Assembly: GCF_001194135.2 (NCBI RefSeq)
Contig: NC_068988.1
Span: forward strand, 91,115,810 to 91,177,745
Length of the DNA stretch: 61,936 nucleotides
Source: Octopus bimaculoides
Lineage: Eukaryota
Direction: 5' to 3'
Positions 25,232 to 36,814 of the stretch are shown here, one piece after another. The stretch's first letter is position 1. Each line of letters begins with the position of its first letter. A program made the translations under genes and the position numbers. Under the pieces are notes generated by a model. It saw nothing but the letters and a program-made list of their open reading frames with translations. It made no database searches and was not told the origin of the DNA.

Positions 25232-28200
25232 CTGTGTGCGTGCGTGGTAGTATCTGTGTGCGCGTGTGTTTGTGCTTATGCGTATTTTGTTTATTTTCTG
25301 TCTTGTTTCTCTTTTGTTATTTGTATCTTCAACCTTTTATAAGAGCTAATTTGTAACTGTAATTCATATTTCAAAAAATGTTTGATGATGTGGTTATGAA
25401 ACACGATATAATTCTTGTTATATGAATATAATTGAAATTATAGTATCACATAAAAATTATTGAAATAATTGTAGAAATGAATATTTTGAAATATCACTGA
25501 TATTGTTTCCTGTTATTCTTTCTTACATATGCTTGTATATTCATTTGTGTATACAGAAAAAAAAAAAACGAACGACAGAGTAAGAAAGAGAGATGCCAGT
25601 GTGTATGTGTATTTAACGTATACATGTATGCATATAATACACATCCTGGCTTTCTTTGTATCTAACCCCACTGATTGGTGTGTGTGACAGAGAGTGATTC
25701 CATTTATGGTGTATGAACGAGTACTTTTACTCACCCATAACTCTCTATATTTATTCTTTCATTTCTGTTTCCTTATTTACTTCTTGGAATCTACACTGAC
25801 TTAGGTGTGTGAAAGCATAATAACACATAGTACTTTATGCTACCTAAAGTATACTATCTTTTCCTATCGCTCTTTAAATTTCCTACATTGACCACAAACT
25901 AAACTGATACTTACTAACATAATGTCAACATCTATCACTCCAAATATGTGCACACTTCACCAGTGAACATCTTTCAACTACATTGAAACGCATTGAGTAC
26001 ATTTTTGACTGACTGATACCTTAGATCTTTGACTTCGAATGCCTAAAATGTGATATGTGTATGCGTACATGCAGATTGTTACCCGAGCCTTCTATGATGT
26101 ATCGCATCATATGAAGGTTTCTGTAAATGAATCTGTTGGGAACCGCACACATTTTTGATTGACCAACCAACAAGTAACAACCACTTTGCTAACACCTTAC
26201 CCATTTAGAGGGATTATGGGCTGGAAATTATTTAGATTATCTCCTTTGTTGTTGTTTATTTTTCTTTCACCAGAGTTAACACAACAAGGTTCACAGAATT
26301 GAGAATTCTTCCGTTCCTTTGCCAGTAGTCATAGACCTTCATCAGGGTCGATGAACAAGTCTGGCATAAAACCATAAAACTCATAGAGTAGACCATCCAA
26401 GCCGGGCGATTTGAACCTTACACAACCACTCAAAACCTACTTGTTATTAGCTTTTCGCAGTGCCCGTCGAGAGCCGCGGTAGACCGCCAAGGTAGACACT
26501 AAGGTTCATAACCGCCTCCGACTTATCGCTTACTCCAAACAGTTGAGCCAAGTGCTGCACATATCTGCAACGCCGCACATATCTGCCTGGAACCGAGTAA
26601 CACGCGTGCATCTTGTTCAGTTAAAGACCGAATTGTGGCTGTGTTGCAACGAACGCCCTGCCTCCGCCACTTGTGTCCATCGAACCACTTTCATTCCCTT
26701 TTGTTTTAACGTAGAAGCTCAAGCCCAGACAACGCAGACTTGGTGTTTCGCGTTGGTTGTGATCCCTTTTCTATTCGCCTCTTCTACCTTGCTACCTACT
26801 TACTCCTCTAATCTATTTCTCTCTATCACTAGTTCTTAACCAAACTTTATCCAGTGTCTGTTATTAGCTACTATCTCCGTCAACTGCAACTTGATTAGAT
26901 CGCTAATTCTATCTCTGTAATCCTTTTGCTTCGGGAAAACTAGTTCAACTGTCAGTAGCAATAACCCTGTCTATCAGTTCGATCGCAGTCAACTGCACAG
27001 GTGTCAAATTTGCGTGCTGTGTAGCCTAGTAGTTTAAATGTAGACACTATATACCATCTATATTAGCTAGCCTAACGAATACGCAATTTATATATGATCT
27101 GGATGAGTATTGTGGTTGCTCTACATTCACAACGAATTACAGTCAATACTTGTCAGACATCGTGCGTCAAGAATATAATTCCAATCGTCCTCTGGTACTA
27201 AGGAGTTTAATGAAACTCCGTTATCCTGTCCCGGTAGGTGCATAGGCAACCATTAATCTGAAGGCACTGCCTTTACTGTCCTGAATGATAGTACCGACGA
27301 CTTAACTCCTTGATCCAGGAAGATCAAATGTACAGTCAAAGCCATTCTTTTCCGGTAAGTCTGCGCTGTCTGGGCTTGAGCTTCTACGTTAAAACAAAAG
27401 GGAATGAAAGTGGTTCGATGGGCACAAGTGGTAGAGGCAGGGCGTTGCTGCAACACAGCCGCAGTTCGGTCTTTAACCGAACAAGATGCACGTGTGGTAC
27501 TCGGTTCCGGTAACCGCCCGATCCCGTTAGACCACAAGATCTGTATCTTATAGTTGTCAAAAATGGGGATGAATGCATGTGTTCCAGAGTTTCTGGTTCC
27601 ATTAATGGTTTCCACATCTATATTTAGTGATCAGAATTCGCCGAGCAAGTTATTTGACTTTCAAGCTGACCCCAAAGCACGTACATTTGCACATCCTTCT
27701 CTGCGTGAAAACGGGAGAGGTTACTCAACTTCGTCATCGAGAATGGCGGGTCATTTGCATCCTTTTCCAGAAGGTGGATGTTTCTTAAAAAGTCCTTGTA
27801 ATACTATTTTTCTGAAACTCGCAACACTTCCTGAGATATTGTCCAAAGAGTATGGTAATTGGCATTTGACGTTTTCGTTAATTATGATATATTTTTCTAA
27901 TTAACTATACGTTTCACATCACATTAAAAAGTATATAATGTTATTGTAACCATAGCTTAAAATGACATCTTTGTTATAGTTTCTCTTACACAGCACCAAC
28001 AATGATTCATTTCACAAATGTTCGCGAGCACTTCGGGAATTTATGGACACAAAACATGTCCGTTGAATAACATCAAAACGTACTAAACCTGTTCAGTGAT
28101 ATCTTAAATCATTCAAATTAAATGCAAATAATATTACATATAGGCAATTAATTAGCACTAATTTGAAGCGAAAAGTTGAAACGAGCCCATGAATCAGGCC

Positions 28201-31200
28201 AACAGTTTGTATATAGCTCTTGTATGGTAGCCATATTACAGATTTACTGCCAAGTACCTTCTTCTCTAATTAAATATGATTTGTTTCTGGTATTTTAAGT
28301 GTACTATTGCATTGTATAAAATAGTGAGGGGGGGGGGGGGGTGACAGACAGACACTATTTATTTGATTTTTGACTGATACCTGACCTGATTGTAAATAAG
28401 TAACACAACTACGTAGGCTGGATACATTACAGTTAAATGTATTATCATTGGTTTGGTACATTGTAAGGTGGCATCAAAAGGTTCTCGAACTAGTTATACT
28501 TGATAAAAAAAATAACTTATTTACCTAAGTTTTAACATCATCTACTTCCAAATAGTCACCTTGCGCAGCAGTACACCTGTCCCAGCGTTCCTGCCACTTT
28601 GGAATCCATCCTGGAAGTAATTTTCCGTAAGTGAGTCGAGGACCTTCTGCGATTCGGTCAGGAACTCGAAAACGGTGTTAAAGTGGCGATCTTTGAGCTG
28701 CCTTTTTATCATGGGGAAGTGATGCAAGTTTACAGGTGCTAAAGCTGGTGAATAGGATGGGTGCGGAAACAATACCATCTTGTTGAGAAACTCGCGAGTG
28801 AAGCGGACCTCGGTGACAGGGTGTTTTGTCACCGTGAAGAATTCAGTTCTTCGCGCTCCACTGATTCGGTTACTTTCGCAATAGAACTATCGACTGACAG
28901 TCAGGTCCTGGAGAATAAATTCTCGGTGAACAATACTGCGGAGGTCAAAAAAAAAAGAAAGAAAACGATGAGAATGCCCTTGATTGAACTGTGGCTCTGT
29001 CATGCCATCTTGGGTCGTGGAGATGAAGGGCGCTTCCATTGTGACGACTGCTGCTTCATCTCAGGATCGAACTCGTAGACCCAACTCTCGTCACTGGTGA
29101 TGATCCTCGACATGAAGGATGGGTCATCAGCTGGAAGAGATCTTGAAATACTTCGACGCGGTGTTCTTTCTGCTCAGTTGTCGGCAGACGGGGGACAGAC
29201 TCAGCAGAAACACGCTGCATGTTCAATTTAAACGTTGGGATTGCCTGCACGGAACCATATGACAGGCTAACAACATCAGCAATGTCGTTGATTGTCCTCC
29301 GACGATTCCCATGCACAATCTGATGAATTTTCTCCACATTTCCGTGAGGTGATGCTCGCGTCAGGTCTTTCAGATCGTTCGTTGTCTTTCAGGGACGTTC
29401 TTCCGCTTTTGAAGCGCCTGTTCCACTCGAAACATTGCGTACGACCCATTGCCCCGACGCCGTAAGCATACCGAAGCATGCTCAGTTCACCTTGGTTCTT
29501 TGTTCCAACTTCCTGTCCATAACAAAATCGCTGACTACACTATACACGCGATGACAAAAACACAAATTTCACAACTTGCGAAGGAAACACAGCAATGTCA
29601 ATTGGCACGCTGTTTCATGAAGGTCACTGTTAGCTCTCACTGCGCAACCGTGTACTGCCATCTGTTGGCGCGCTACAAAACTAGCCTGGGAACTTTTTGA
29701 TATCACCTTGTATTATACCTACATACAGCTAGGTGGATTAAACAGGTCATGCACACAATACAGTAAACTGTTAACAGCTTAGTGCATTGAGCTGTTTATA
29801 TTTAAATATGCGTTCGATTATTTTAAATAGAAGTAACACCATCTGTTCTTAATTACAGACGGTCCTGATGGAAACCAGAAGAAATTATTCCCAGTAGATA
29901 TTATTTTAGCTGCCATAGCAGTTACTGTGATTGTCTTAATTTCACTCGTATTGTACCTGATGTGGAAGAGACGCTTTCGATTCTTTATGAAGTTTGCATA
30001 CTATTTTCAGCCTTACGTAGATAAAGGTAAGTTTCATATGTAATAACTGAAAGTTAACATTTAACCAATGGAGTGTTGCATTATAACTTCGATTGTGTGT
30101 CAGTGTGTCATGTATATTATCGGGAAACAACTGGATATTTAGAACATTGTTTTGTAGCTGTTGCTAGTGTATGTCCCCAAGAGATCCATGAAACAAGGAG
30201 GTCAATGGTGCGTAGATAGTGAGTCGAATGAAAATCTATAACTTTGTAGTTTGTTGTAACGGGATTCGATTCCAGGATAGACTGTCTTTAGTCATGATAT
30301 CCTTAATTTAGGTTTTGTGCACTAATGCATTTTAATCTAGTTAGACACTGATTTGATCCTTCTGACATATAAAGAAGAATCATATATGATAGTGTTACAG
30401 TCAAGTCACTCTATTGCCTATTCTAATTCAGTTGCTTTCGTTAGTGTTCACAGCAGAAGTAGTGAAAGCGAATGCAGTCCGAATCTGATAGCTGCTTCTC
30501 GGCTTTACAAATTATTGGTACTCTGTATGCCACTACTGTATTTGAGGCTAATTTTGCTGATTATTTTGCTGATTATTGCATTACTGTGTTTGCTTCATCT
30601 TTTTTGTTTTTTAATCAAGTAGGGTTCTCTCAGTATACTGTTATAGTAGATTTCTGGTGTGTTGTATTTTGTAGAGGTGTGGATGCTTGCAGGGATAGGG
30701 GCGGCAAGATTGGGCTTTGCTGCAATATTTTTTCAGAATTTTTTTTTTCTTTTTGTTGACAGTCTAAGGAATGGATCTCTGCACAAACTGTGATTTTTGC
30801 CAAGTGCACTGTTTTGAATTCTTCTTGGTTTATTACAAAGTGACTGGATCTGTAGAAAGACTGGATAACTTATGATGCCTTAAATGTGCTGTTTAAGGAT
30901 TAATGTAGTTTTTTTTTTTTCAGTGAAAGGAATATATAAGTTTGTGATATGAAAAATGAGTCATTCTAAAATGTTTGAATGTCCGTGTGTGTTAGGTGGG
31001 TGATATTTCTGTATGAAGATACTTTGCTTAAGTTTCATTAGACTATTATAAATTTTGTTAGACTATTATGAATTCTAGGTAGTTGGCATATAATTGCAGA
31101 TATTGGTGAGTGCAGTAATGATATTTTGGGTGTATGTTTGTGATTTTGTTAGGAAATTAAATATTTTGAGAATAGGGATTGCTTTTCTGATGTGTGATAT

Positions 31201-32034
31201 AAAGAAATAGGTCAGAGTCCTGGCTGGGTGGATATTTAAGAGTGAACTGTGATCAAGCAACTCCATAACACACACAGTCGAACGAACGATCCAGTATGAT
31301 ATATTACTTTAAGTTGTTGTTGTAGAATAGGATTGTGAGTGCAACACTCTAATCACTGGGTCATCCCTCAAACACACACACATATATATGTGTGTGTATA
31401 TANNNNNNNNNNNNNNNNNNNNNNNNNNNNNNNNNNNNNNNNNNNNNNNNNNNNNNNNNNNNNNNNNNNNNNNNNNNNNNNNNNNNNNNNNNNNNNNNNN
31501 NNNNNNNNNNNNNNNNNNNNNNNNNNNNNNNNNNNNNNNNNNNNNNNNNNNNNNNNNNNNNNNNNNNNNNNNNNNNNNNNNNNNNNNNNNNNNNNNNNNN
31601 NNNNNNNNNNNNNNNNNNNNNNNNNNNNNNNNNNNNNNNNNNNNNNNNNNNNNNNNNNNNNNNNNNNNNNNNNNNNNNNNNNNNNNNNNNNNNNNNNNNN
31701 NNNNNNNNNNNNNNNNNNNNNNNNNNNNNNNNNNNNNNNNNNNNNNNNNNNNNNNNNNNNNNNNNNNNNNNNNNNNNNNNNNNNNNNNNNNNNNNNNNNN
31801 NNNNNNNNNNNNNNNNNNNNNNNNNNNNNNNNNNNNNNNNNNNNNNNNNNNNNNNNNNNNNNNNNNNNNNNNNNNNNNNNNNNNNNNNNNNNNNNNNNNN
31901 NNNNNNNNNNNNNNNNNNNNNNNNNNNNNNNNNNNNNNNNNNNNNNNNNNNNNNNNNNNNNNNNNNNNNNNNNNNNNNNNNNNNNNNNNNNNNNNNNNNN
32001 NNNNNNNNCATATATACATACACACGTACTACTG

Positions 32035-32113
<79 letters not shown>

Positions 32114-32330
32114 TTTTAAAAAAATTCAGACAAATACATAACAAAAACACCAGGACTTACAAATATATATAACATACAGAAAATTGCACTACTGGGTACT
32201 GCACACATTCTACGCAAAACACTTTCAATACAGTAAACATAAGAGCACCACAGCAAACCACAGCACATACCCAAGGCGCACAGAGCTGCGCTCGGTAGTG
32301 AAGTGAAAGCACGTTATAAAAATAAAACTA

Positions 32331-32370
<40 letters not shown>

Positions 32371-33635
32371 GTTTTCCATTTTCAGAGGAGAAGTTATACG
32401 ACGTATTTATTTCGTATAAATCTTCAGATACAGACGAAAATTGGGTGAAAAATATTTTGTTTCCGAAAATCGAAGATGACATGGGATTGAAAGCATGTAT
32501 TCACTTTCGGGACTTCATCCCGGGTGAGAGTAAGTATCAACTAGTATGAGTGGAATATACCAGTTCAGAGATGTGTACACACACTCACACACACACGCAC
32601 ACGCACACGCACACACACATATACATGGTCAAGGTACATTTGAATAGAATCTTCCATGCTGATAAGTTCCAAAGAAGACCGTAACATGTACATAGCTGTC
32701 CTTTTGCTAAGAAACAAAGGGAAAACTTTTCAGTAAACCTGTATAGTCTTCATGTAGAGTCATACAAAGGCAATCTGACTGGTTGTTTGAGCATCGAATA
32801 AATTTTCTTACGGCATCTGTTTCGACTTCCTGCGCTTTGAGTACAAATCTCGCGTTGGTTAACTTCGCTTTTAATTATTTCGGGATCGATAAAGAAAGTA
32901 TTAAACCGGGCCTGTGAAGTGATGGAAATGTAAGAACCTTAGATCAGATATTTTATGGTATTCGTTCTGGCTTTTAACGTTGTGAGTTCGAACCCCGAAT
33001 TATGATAAACATAATCCATAGCCGATTTTAATAACACAGCCTGACACTTTCGGTGTTTTTAGCAGAGTTCCCGTATTACAAACATTCGAGTCAGGACTCT
33101 TGTTCGAGGATACCGTCCCCCCCCCCACACACACCCCAAGACCTAAGATGTTCTTTAATGGTCGTCGTACTACCTTACCTCTTGACCAAACGGTAAAAAA
33201 GATTAAATAAATAAAAGATTTATTAATTTTCGGAGCTTGATTCTTAATTTCGTAAAGTTACCTCCCTTCCTCCCCTTTCTCAAAGAATCGCTAACGATTA
33301 ATCAGTTATTGCTAAATATGTTAAACTAGCTTATTCTAAATAAGATGCTTCGCTAAATACTGGTGAATGCAACATAACTAGCTGCACAGTATCTCGCGCA
33401 CAAAGTACAGAATCAGGATAGGTCGAAACGATCGTTGTATTGAATAAATATTCTTGCAAACTCCATTCTCCGTTTCCCCCATTCATTATAAGCTCAACGA
33501 ACAGCGCGGAATTCCTGAGGTAAGTCCAATGACATTTACATCAAAAGCTCAGGTAGCTTAAACGGTGAAAGTGCTTTAATCGGCATACTACTAACCATAT
33601 ACTCAAGGTTGAAATAATTATTAATATCTATCTAC

Positions 33636-33693
<58 letters not shown>

Positions 33694-34542
33694 NNNNNNN
33701 NNNNNNNNNNNNNNNNNNNNNNNNNNNNNNNNNNNNNNNNNNNNNNNNNNNNNNNNNNNNNNNNNNNNNNNNNNNNNNNNNNNNNNNNNNNNNNNNNNNN
33801 NNNNNNNNNNNNNNNNNNNNNNNNNNNNNNNNNNNNNNNNNNNNNNNNNNNNNNNNNNNNNNNNNNNNNNNNNNNNNNNNNNNNNNNNNNNNNNNNNNNN
33901 NNNNNNNNNNNNNNNNNNNNNNNNNNNNNNNNNNNNNNNNNNNNNNNNNNNNNNNNNNNNNNNNNNNNNNNNNNNNNNNAAATAGATCACATCTTGTGTC
34001 TATTAAGACCTAAATTGTTCTCAACATGAAATATAGCAGCTGTTGAGAACAATTTAGGTCTTAATAGACACAAGATGTGATCTATTTCTAGCGCATTAAT
34101 TGTCCACGTTAGTGGTCGACGTTATTTTTTAAAATGTATCTATATTATATATATATATATATATATGAGTGAAATTGTTTTTAATCAGTAATTTTCTTGT
34201 ATATTTACAGCTATTTCAAACAATATCATAGAAAGCATACAAAATAGCAGAAGAACGCTTTTAGTGCTAACCAATGATTATATAGAGAGCGAGTGGACCC
34301 GGATGGAGTACCAAGTAGCCCAACAGGAAATGTTAAAACTTCGTCACAGAATTATTCCCGTTATTCTGGGTAATTTTAAGGATTTAGACATCAAAGACAA
34401 AAATCTAAAATTTATTTTGGAAACAGTGACCTACCTACAATGGCCACCAGACTCAGAGAGTATTCATCTTCAAAATGCATTCTGGAACAATCTGAAGAAG
34501 ACTTTACGAAATAAATACCAGTCGAAGCAAGTTTCTACATAA
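16250..34542 (+). CDS. EGF-TM-TIR single-pass receptor, 4 exons (16250-17327, 29859-30026, 32386-32529, 34211-34542), 573 aa
   Basis: Exon lengths 1078+168+144+332=1722 nt, open frame, all three introns GT-AG and phase 1. N-terminal hydrophobic signal MKEAAVLLHIVTLMASVIHI, EGF Cys patterns, 22-aa TM followed by KRR, TIR box1 YDVFISY, box2/BB loop CIHFRDFIPG, SEWTRMEY, box3 FW. Extra exons hidden in intron-1 gaps cannot be excluded. Confidence 0.88.
19338..19417 (+). ncRNA. Type I minimal hammerhead ribozyme (intact core)
   Basis: GACC-CUGAGGA-[gatgcaatatcc / ggatattgcatc, 12 bp]-GAAA-palindrome (A)UGAUCA(U)-UA cleavage site-GGUC. Confidence 0.8.
22880..23990 (+). mobile_element. Penelope-like element 3' part (GIY-YIG endonuclease remnant plus terminal repeat region)
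   Basis: CSCR..YPLNGYCNTE.VV..., KYVGTTEGHFRIRYHNHK, LVKHVWLLK, YSIKWRILEKCKSY...KCRLCLAEK..I, LNSRSEILNACPH; decayed hammerhead downstream. Confidence 0.85.
23880..23970 (+). ncRNA. Decayed minimal hammerhead ribozyme of the Penelope element
   Basis: gccacct-CUGAAG(c)...ccctagtgc-GAAA-palindrome (A)CCGAUCGG(U)-A-agattggc; A9 mutated, stems I and II imperfect. Confidence 0.6.
25950..27720 (-). mobile_element. L1/Tx1-clade LINE ORF2 remnant (APE, linker, RT N-terminus)
   Basis: APE pieces GCANVRAL..IDVETI.GTR, LIFLDQ, AFRLMVAYAPTG; RT pieces KSPGLDGLLYEFY, KGDNLNNFQPI, CAVPNRFIYRNLHMMRYII; many frameshifts. Ends approximate. Confidence 0.75.
28464..29710 (-). mobile_element. Mariner DNA transposon, near full-length, decayed (in TIR-receptor intron 1)
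   Basis: About 30-bp TIRs taaggtggcatcaaaaggttctcgaactag / ctagcctgggaactttttgatatcaccttg|ta; ATG at 29520 MDRKLEQR, GRTQCFEW.RRFKSGRTSL.D.ERS.RP, YSPALAP..FP.IK..LK.RHF. Confidence 0.9.
29859..30026 (+). CDS. EGF-TM-TIR exon 2 (transmembrane helix)
   Basis: ttacag|AC...AAAG|gtaag; reads DGPDGNQKKLFPVDIILAAIAVTVIVLISLVLYLMWKRRFRFFMKFAYYFQPYVDK; 168 nt, phase 1-1. Not in the ORF track. Confidence 0.88.
32386..32529 (+). CDS. EGF-TM-TIR exon 3 (TIR N-half)
   Basis: ttttcag|AG...GAGA|gtaagt; EEKLYDVFISYKSSDTDENWVKNILFPKIEDDMGLKACIHFRDFIPGE; 144 nt. Confidence 0.92.
33980..34087. repeat. Perfect 47-bp inverted repeat, 14-nt loop, abutting an N-gap
   Basis: 33980-34026 is the exact reverse complement of 34041-34087. 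Confidence 0.9.
34211..34542 (+). CDS. EGF-TM-TIR exon 4 (TIR C-half, stop)
   Basis: ttacag|CT; ISNNIIESIQNSRRTLLVLTNDYIESEWTRMEYQVAQQEML...LQWP...AFWNNLKKTL...VST*. Confidence 0.92.
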
Positions 34543-34579
34543 TTTTATATTTATACATGTCTATGAGATATTATCTCTG

Positions 34580-35071
34580 TCGTGCCTTCTTCGGGCGTGG
34601 AGATCAAGGGTTCTTCCATTGTGACGACTGATACTTCGTCTCAGAATTGTACCCTGAATTTTCTCCACATTTCCAAGGAGGACGCTCGTGGCAGGCCTTC
34701 CAGATTGCTCATCGTCTTTCAGAATCATTCTTCCGTTTTTGAAGCCCCTGTTCTACTCGAAACATTGCGTACGACCCATTGCTTCGTCTTGAAGGATGCT
34801 CAATGTCTCTGTAGCAGACTTCCCATCTTTTAAAATCAAAATTTCACGCTGGCTCTTTGTTCCAACTTTCTGTCCATTACAAAATCGGAAACTACGGCAT
34901 ACACGTGATGACAATAACACAAATTTCACAAATTGCGAAGTAAACACAGCAGTGTCACTCGGCACACTGCTACGTGAATGTCAGTGCTAGCCCTCACTGC
35001 CCACGCAACCGGATGCTACCGTCTGTTGGCGCGTTACAGAACTAGTCCGGGAACTTTTTGATGCCACCTTG
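34580..35071 (-). mobile_element. 5' fragment of the same mariner family, just downstream of the TIR-receptor stop
   Basis: TIR actagtccgggaactttttgatgccaccttg|ta; GKSATETLSIL..EAMGRTQCFE; aligns to the right half of 28464-29710. Confidence 0.85.
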
Positions 35072-36814
35072 TACGTACTTTGTTCCAAGACATGGATTTT
35101 AAGGATTTCAATGATGTAACTACAGATAAGTTTCCCTGATTATCAGCAGTATTGTCACTAGATATCATGCAATGAATGCTGGTTATATACAACACATGTG
35201 TTGCTGAATACCGGACATTGATGTAAGTTCAAGACATTGGTCATACTGATGACATATTTCTTTTGTGGTGGAAGACGTATTATCTCTCAAGTTAAACATT
35301 TCATGATTGGCGGTGAGAAACGTCATTTGCAGATAGTATTTTTTGTTGTTATCATGTGTGGATCATACGGGATTTTAAATATCTCAGTCTTATGTTTCTT
35401 ATATTCTCACGTGATTTATCAACAACTATCCAAAAATAAAGGGGATTATTGTCAATAGTAACATAGATATTATCTCATCCTGGGACAAAATATCTGTCTT
35501 TATCGAGTATAACAGCTACAACCAGAGATTCTACCATATAGTTGTTGAGGCTAACTGCTACAGCCAAAGCTTTTATTAGTGGAAGGAAGATCCCTAATTT
35601 TCTGTAAGTATTCACGGATGGACATTGTACAGTGGTATTTCAAAACCTAAAATGTTTATTTCGTTTGTAATAAAGAGAAATTTTTCAATATTAAGAGTTA
35701 TACCATATTTGACATATAAAGCAAACTATTTGGTGGAAAATACTTCTAAGTTATTGGCTTAGTGGTTGGAATCCATCAACGTATTTAGTTTTAACGTGTG
35801 CTTCGGAGACTGTTTCATGAAATCTAAAATCTGTTACCAAAAACAATGTAACCGTCAAGAACTGTGCAATATCGGTATTTACCGCGCAGAATTCTGACTT
35901 AAGTGTAATGCCTATCTTCCTTCTACATTCGGGCAATGTGATGACCATTCCAGACATCAAATACAGTCTTCTTTCTTTTCTTTCTTTCTTTCTTTCTTTC
36001 TTCTGAGTTGAAATAAATATCAAATATCCAGAGATATCACAGAGCCACCAACAAGAACAGCTTCAAGTCTTGATCCAACCTCATCTTTTACGTCTTTCTG
36101 TCCGTGAAGTGGAACAAGATAGAGACAAGTAGGTAGCAGGTTCAGCTTCAGAGTTGATTATGAGGTCTCGTGGGGTACTTTTCATTATTGGAAGTGTTAC
36201 TGTTGTAACGGCTTATGTAATGGTATATGTTGGTGGTCGGCAGTTACCAAGTGTAACGGTGTTGATGTTGCAGGTATGCAAGATTAAAGAACAGTGATCG
36301 AAGTTGTAAACAAACATTTACTTACTGTTACGTATTGTTTTAGCCAAACCGCGACAGGCTGGTATAATATAATTCGTAAAGCATGCGAGGTAAAGAGAGA
36401 TGTATATTTTCCTTGTATAGTGCGTGTGTTCTCATCATTGTGTAGTAGTAAATCACAGATAGAGAAAGGGTAATGTTGTAGAGAAAAGAAAGTGAGCCAG
36501 TAAAAGTGAGAGAGGAGGGACGAAACAACTGCTTCGTTGGTGAGTTACCATAGTTGTCTCGCTGTGCCTTTTCATTCCGTTGACGGCATTTCGTTCAGCC
36601 GGTCAGCCAGCACGGTTCTCACTAATTGACTTTGGCTTACGGAGTTCCTGTATTTATTATAACTATATATAACTAGCTAGAAAAATAGGTATATTGGAGA
36701 GAACAAAAGATATTCTTTGGGGGTCGACTGTTATCTCAATTCCATTCTCCATCGCATACAAGAGGTTAGAAGGGTCTTACCTCCTAGTAGCTGAGATAAT
36801 CAACTTTATACGTT

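Noticed and set aside
33350-33445. Fourth hammerhead-like motif (GAAA-CGATCG-TT-gtatt with aatac-tggtga upstream)
   Set aside because: Core is mutated and no convincing stem II; at most a decayed relic.
34285-34320. TIR NADase activity inferred from the Glu in SEWTRMEY
   Set aside because: The equivalent Glu also occurs in non-enzymatic TLR-type TIR domains, so it is not diagnostic without an assay.
35751-36023. 90-aa minus-strand ORF
   Set aside because: Starts in a (GAAA)n repeat, no splice signals or recognisable domain.
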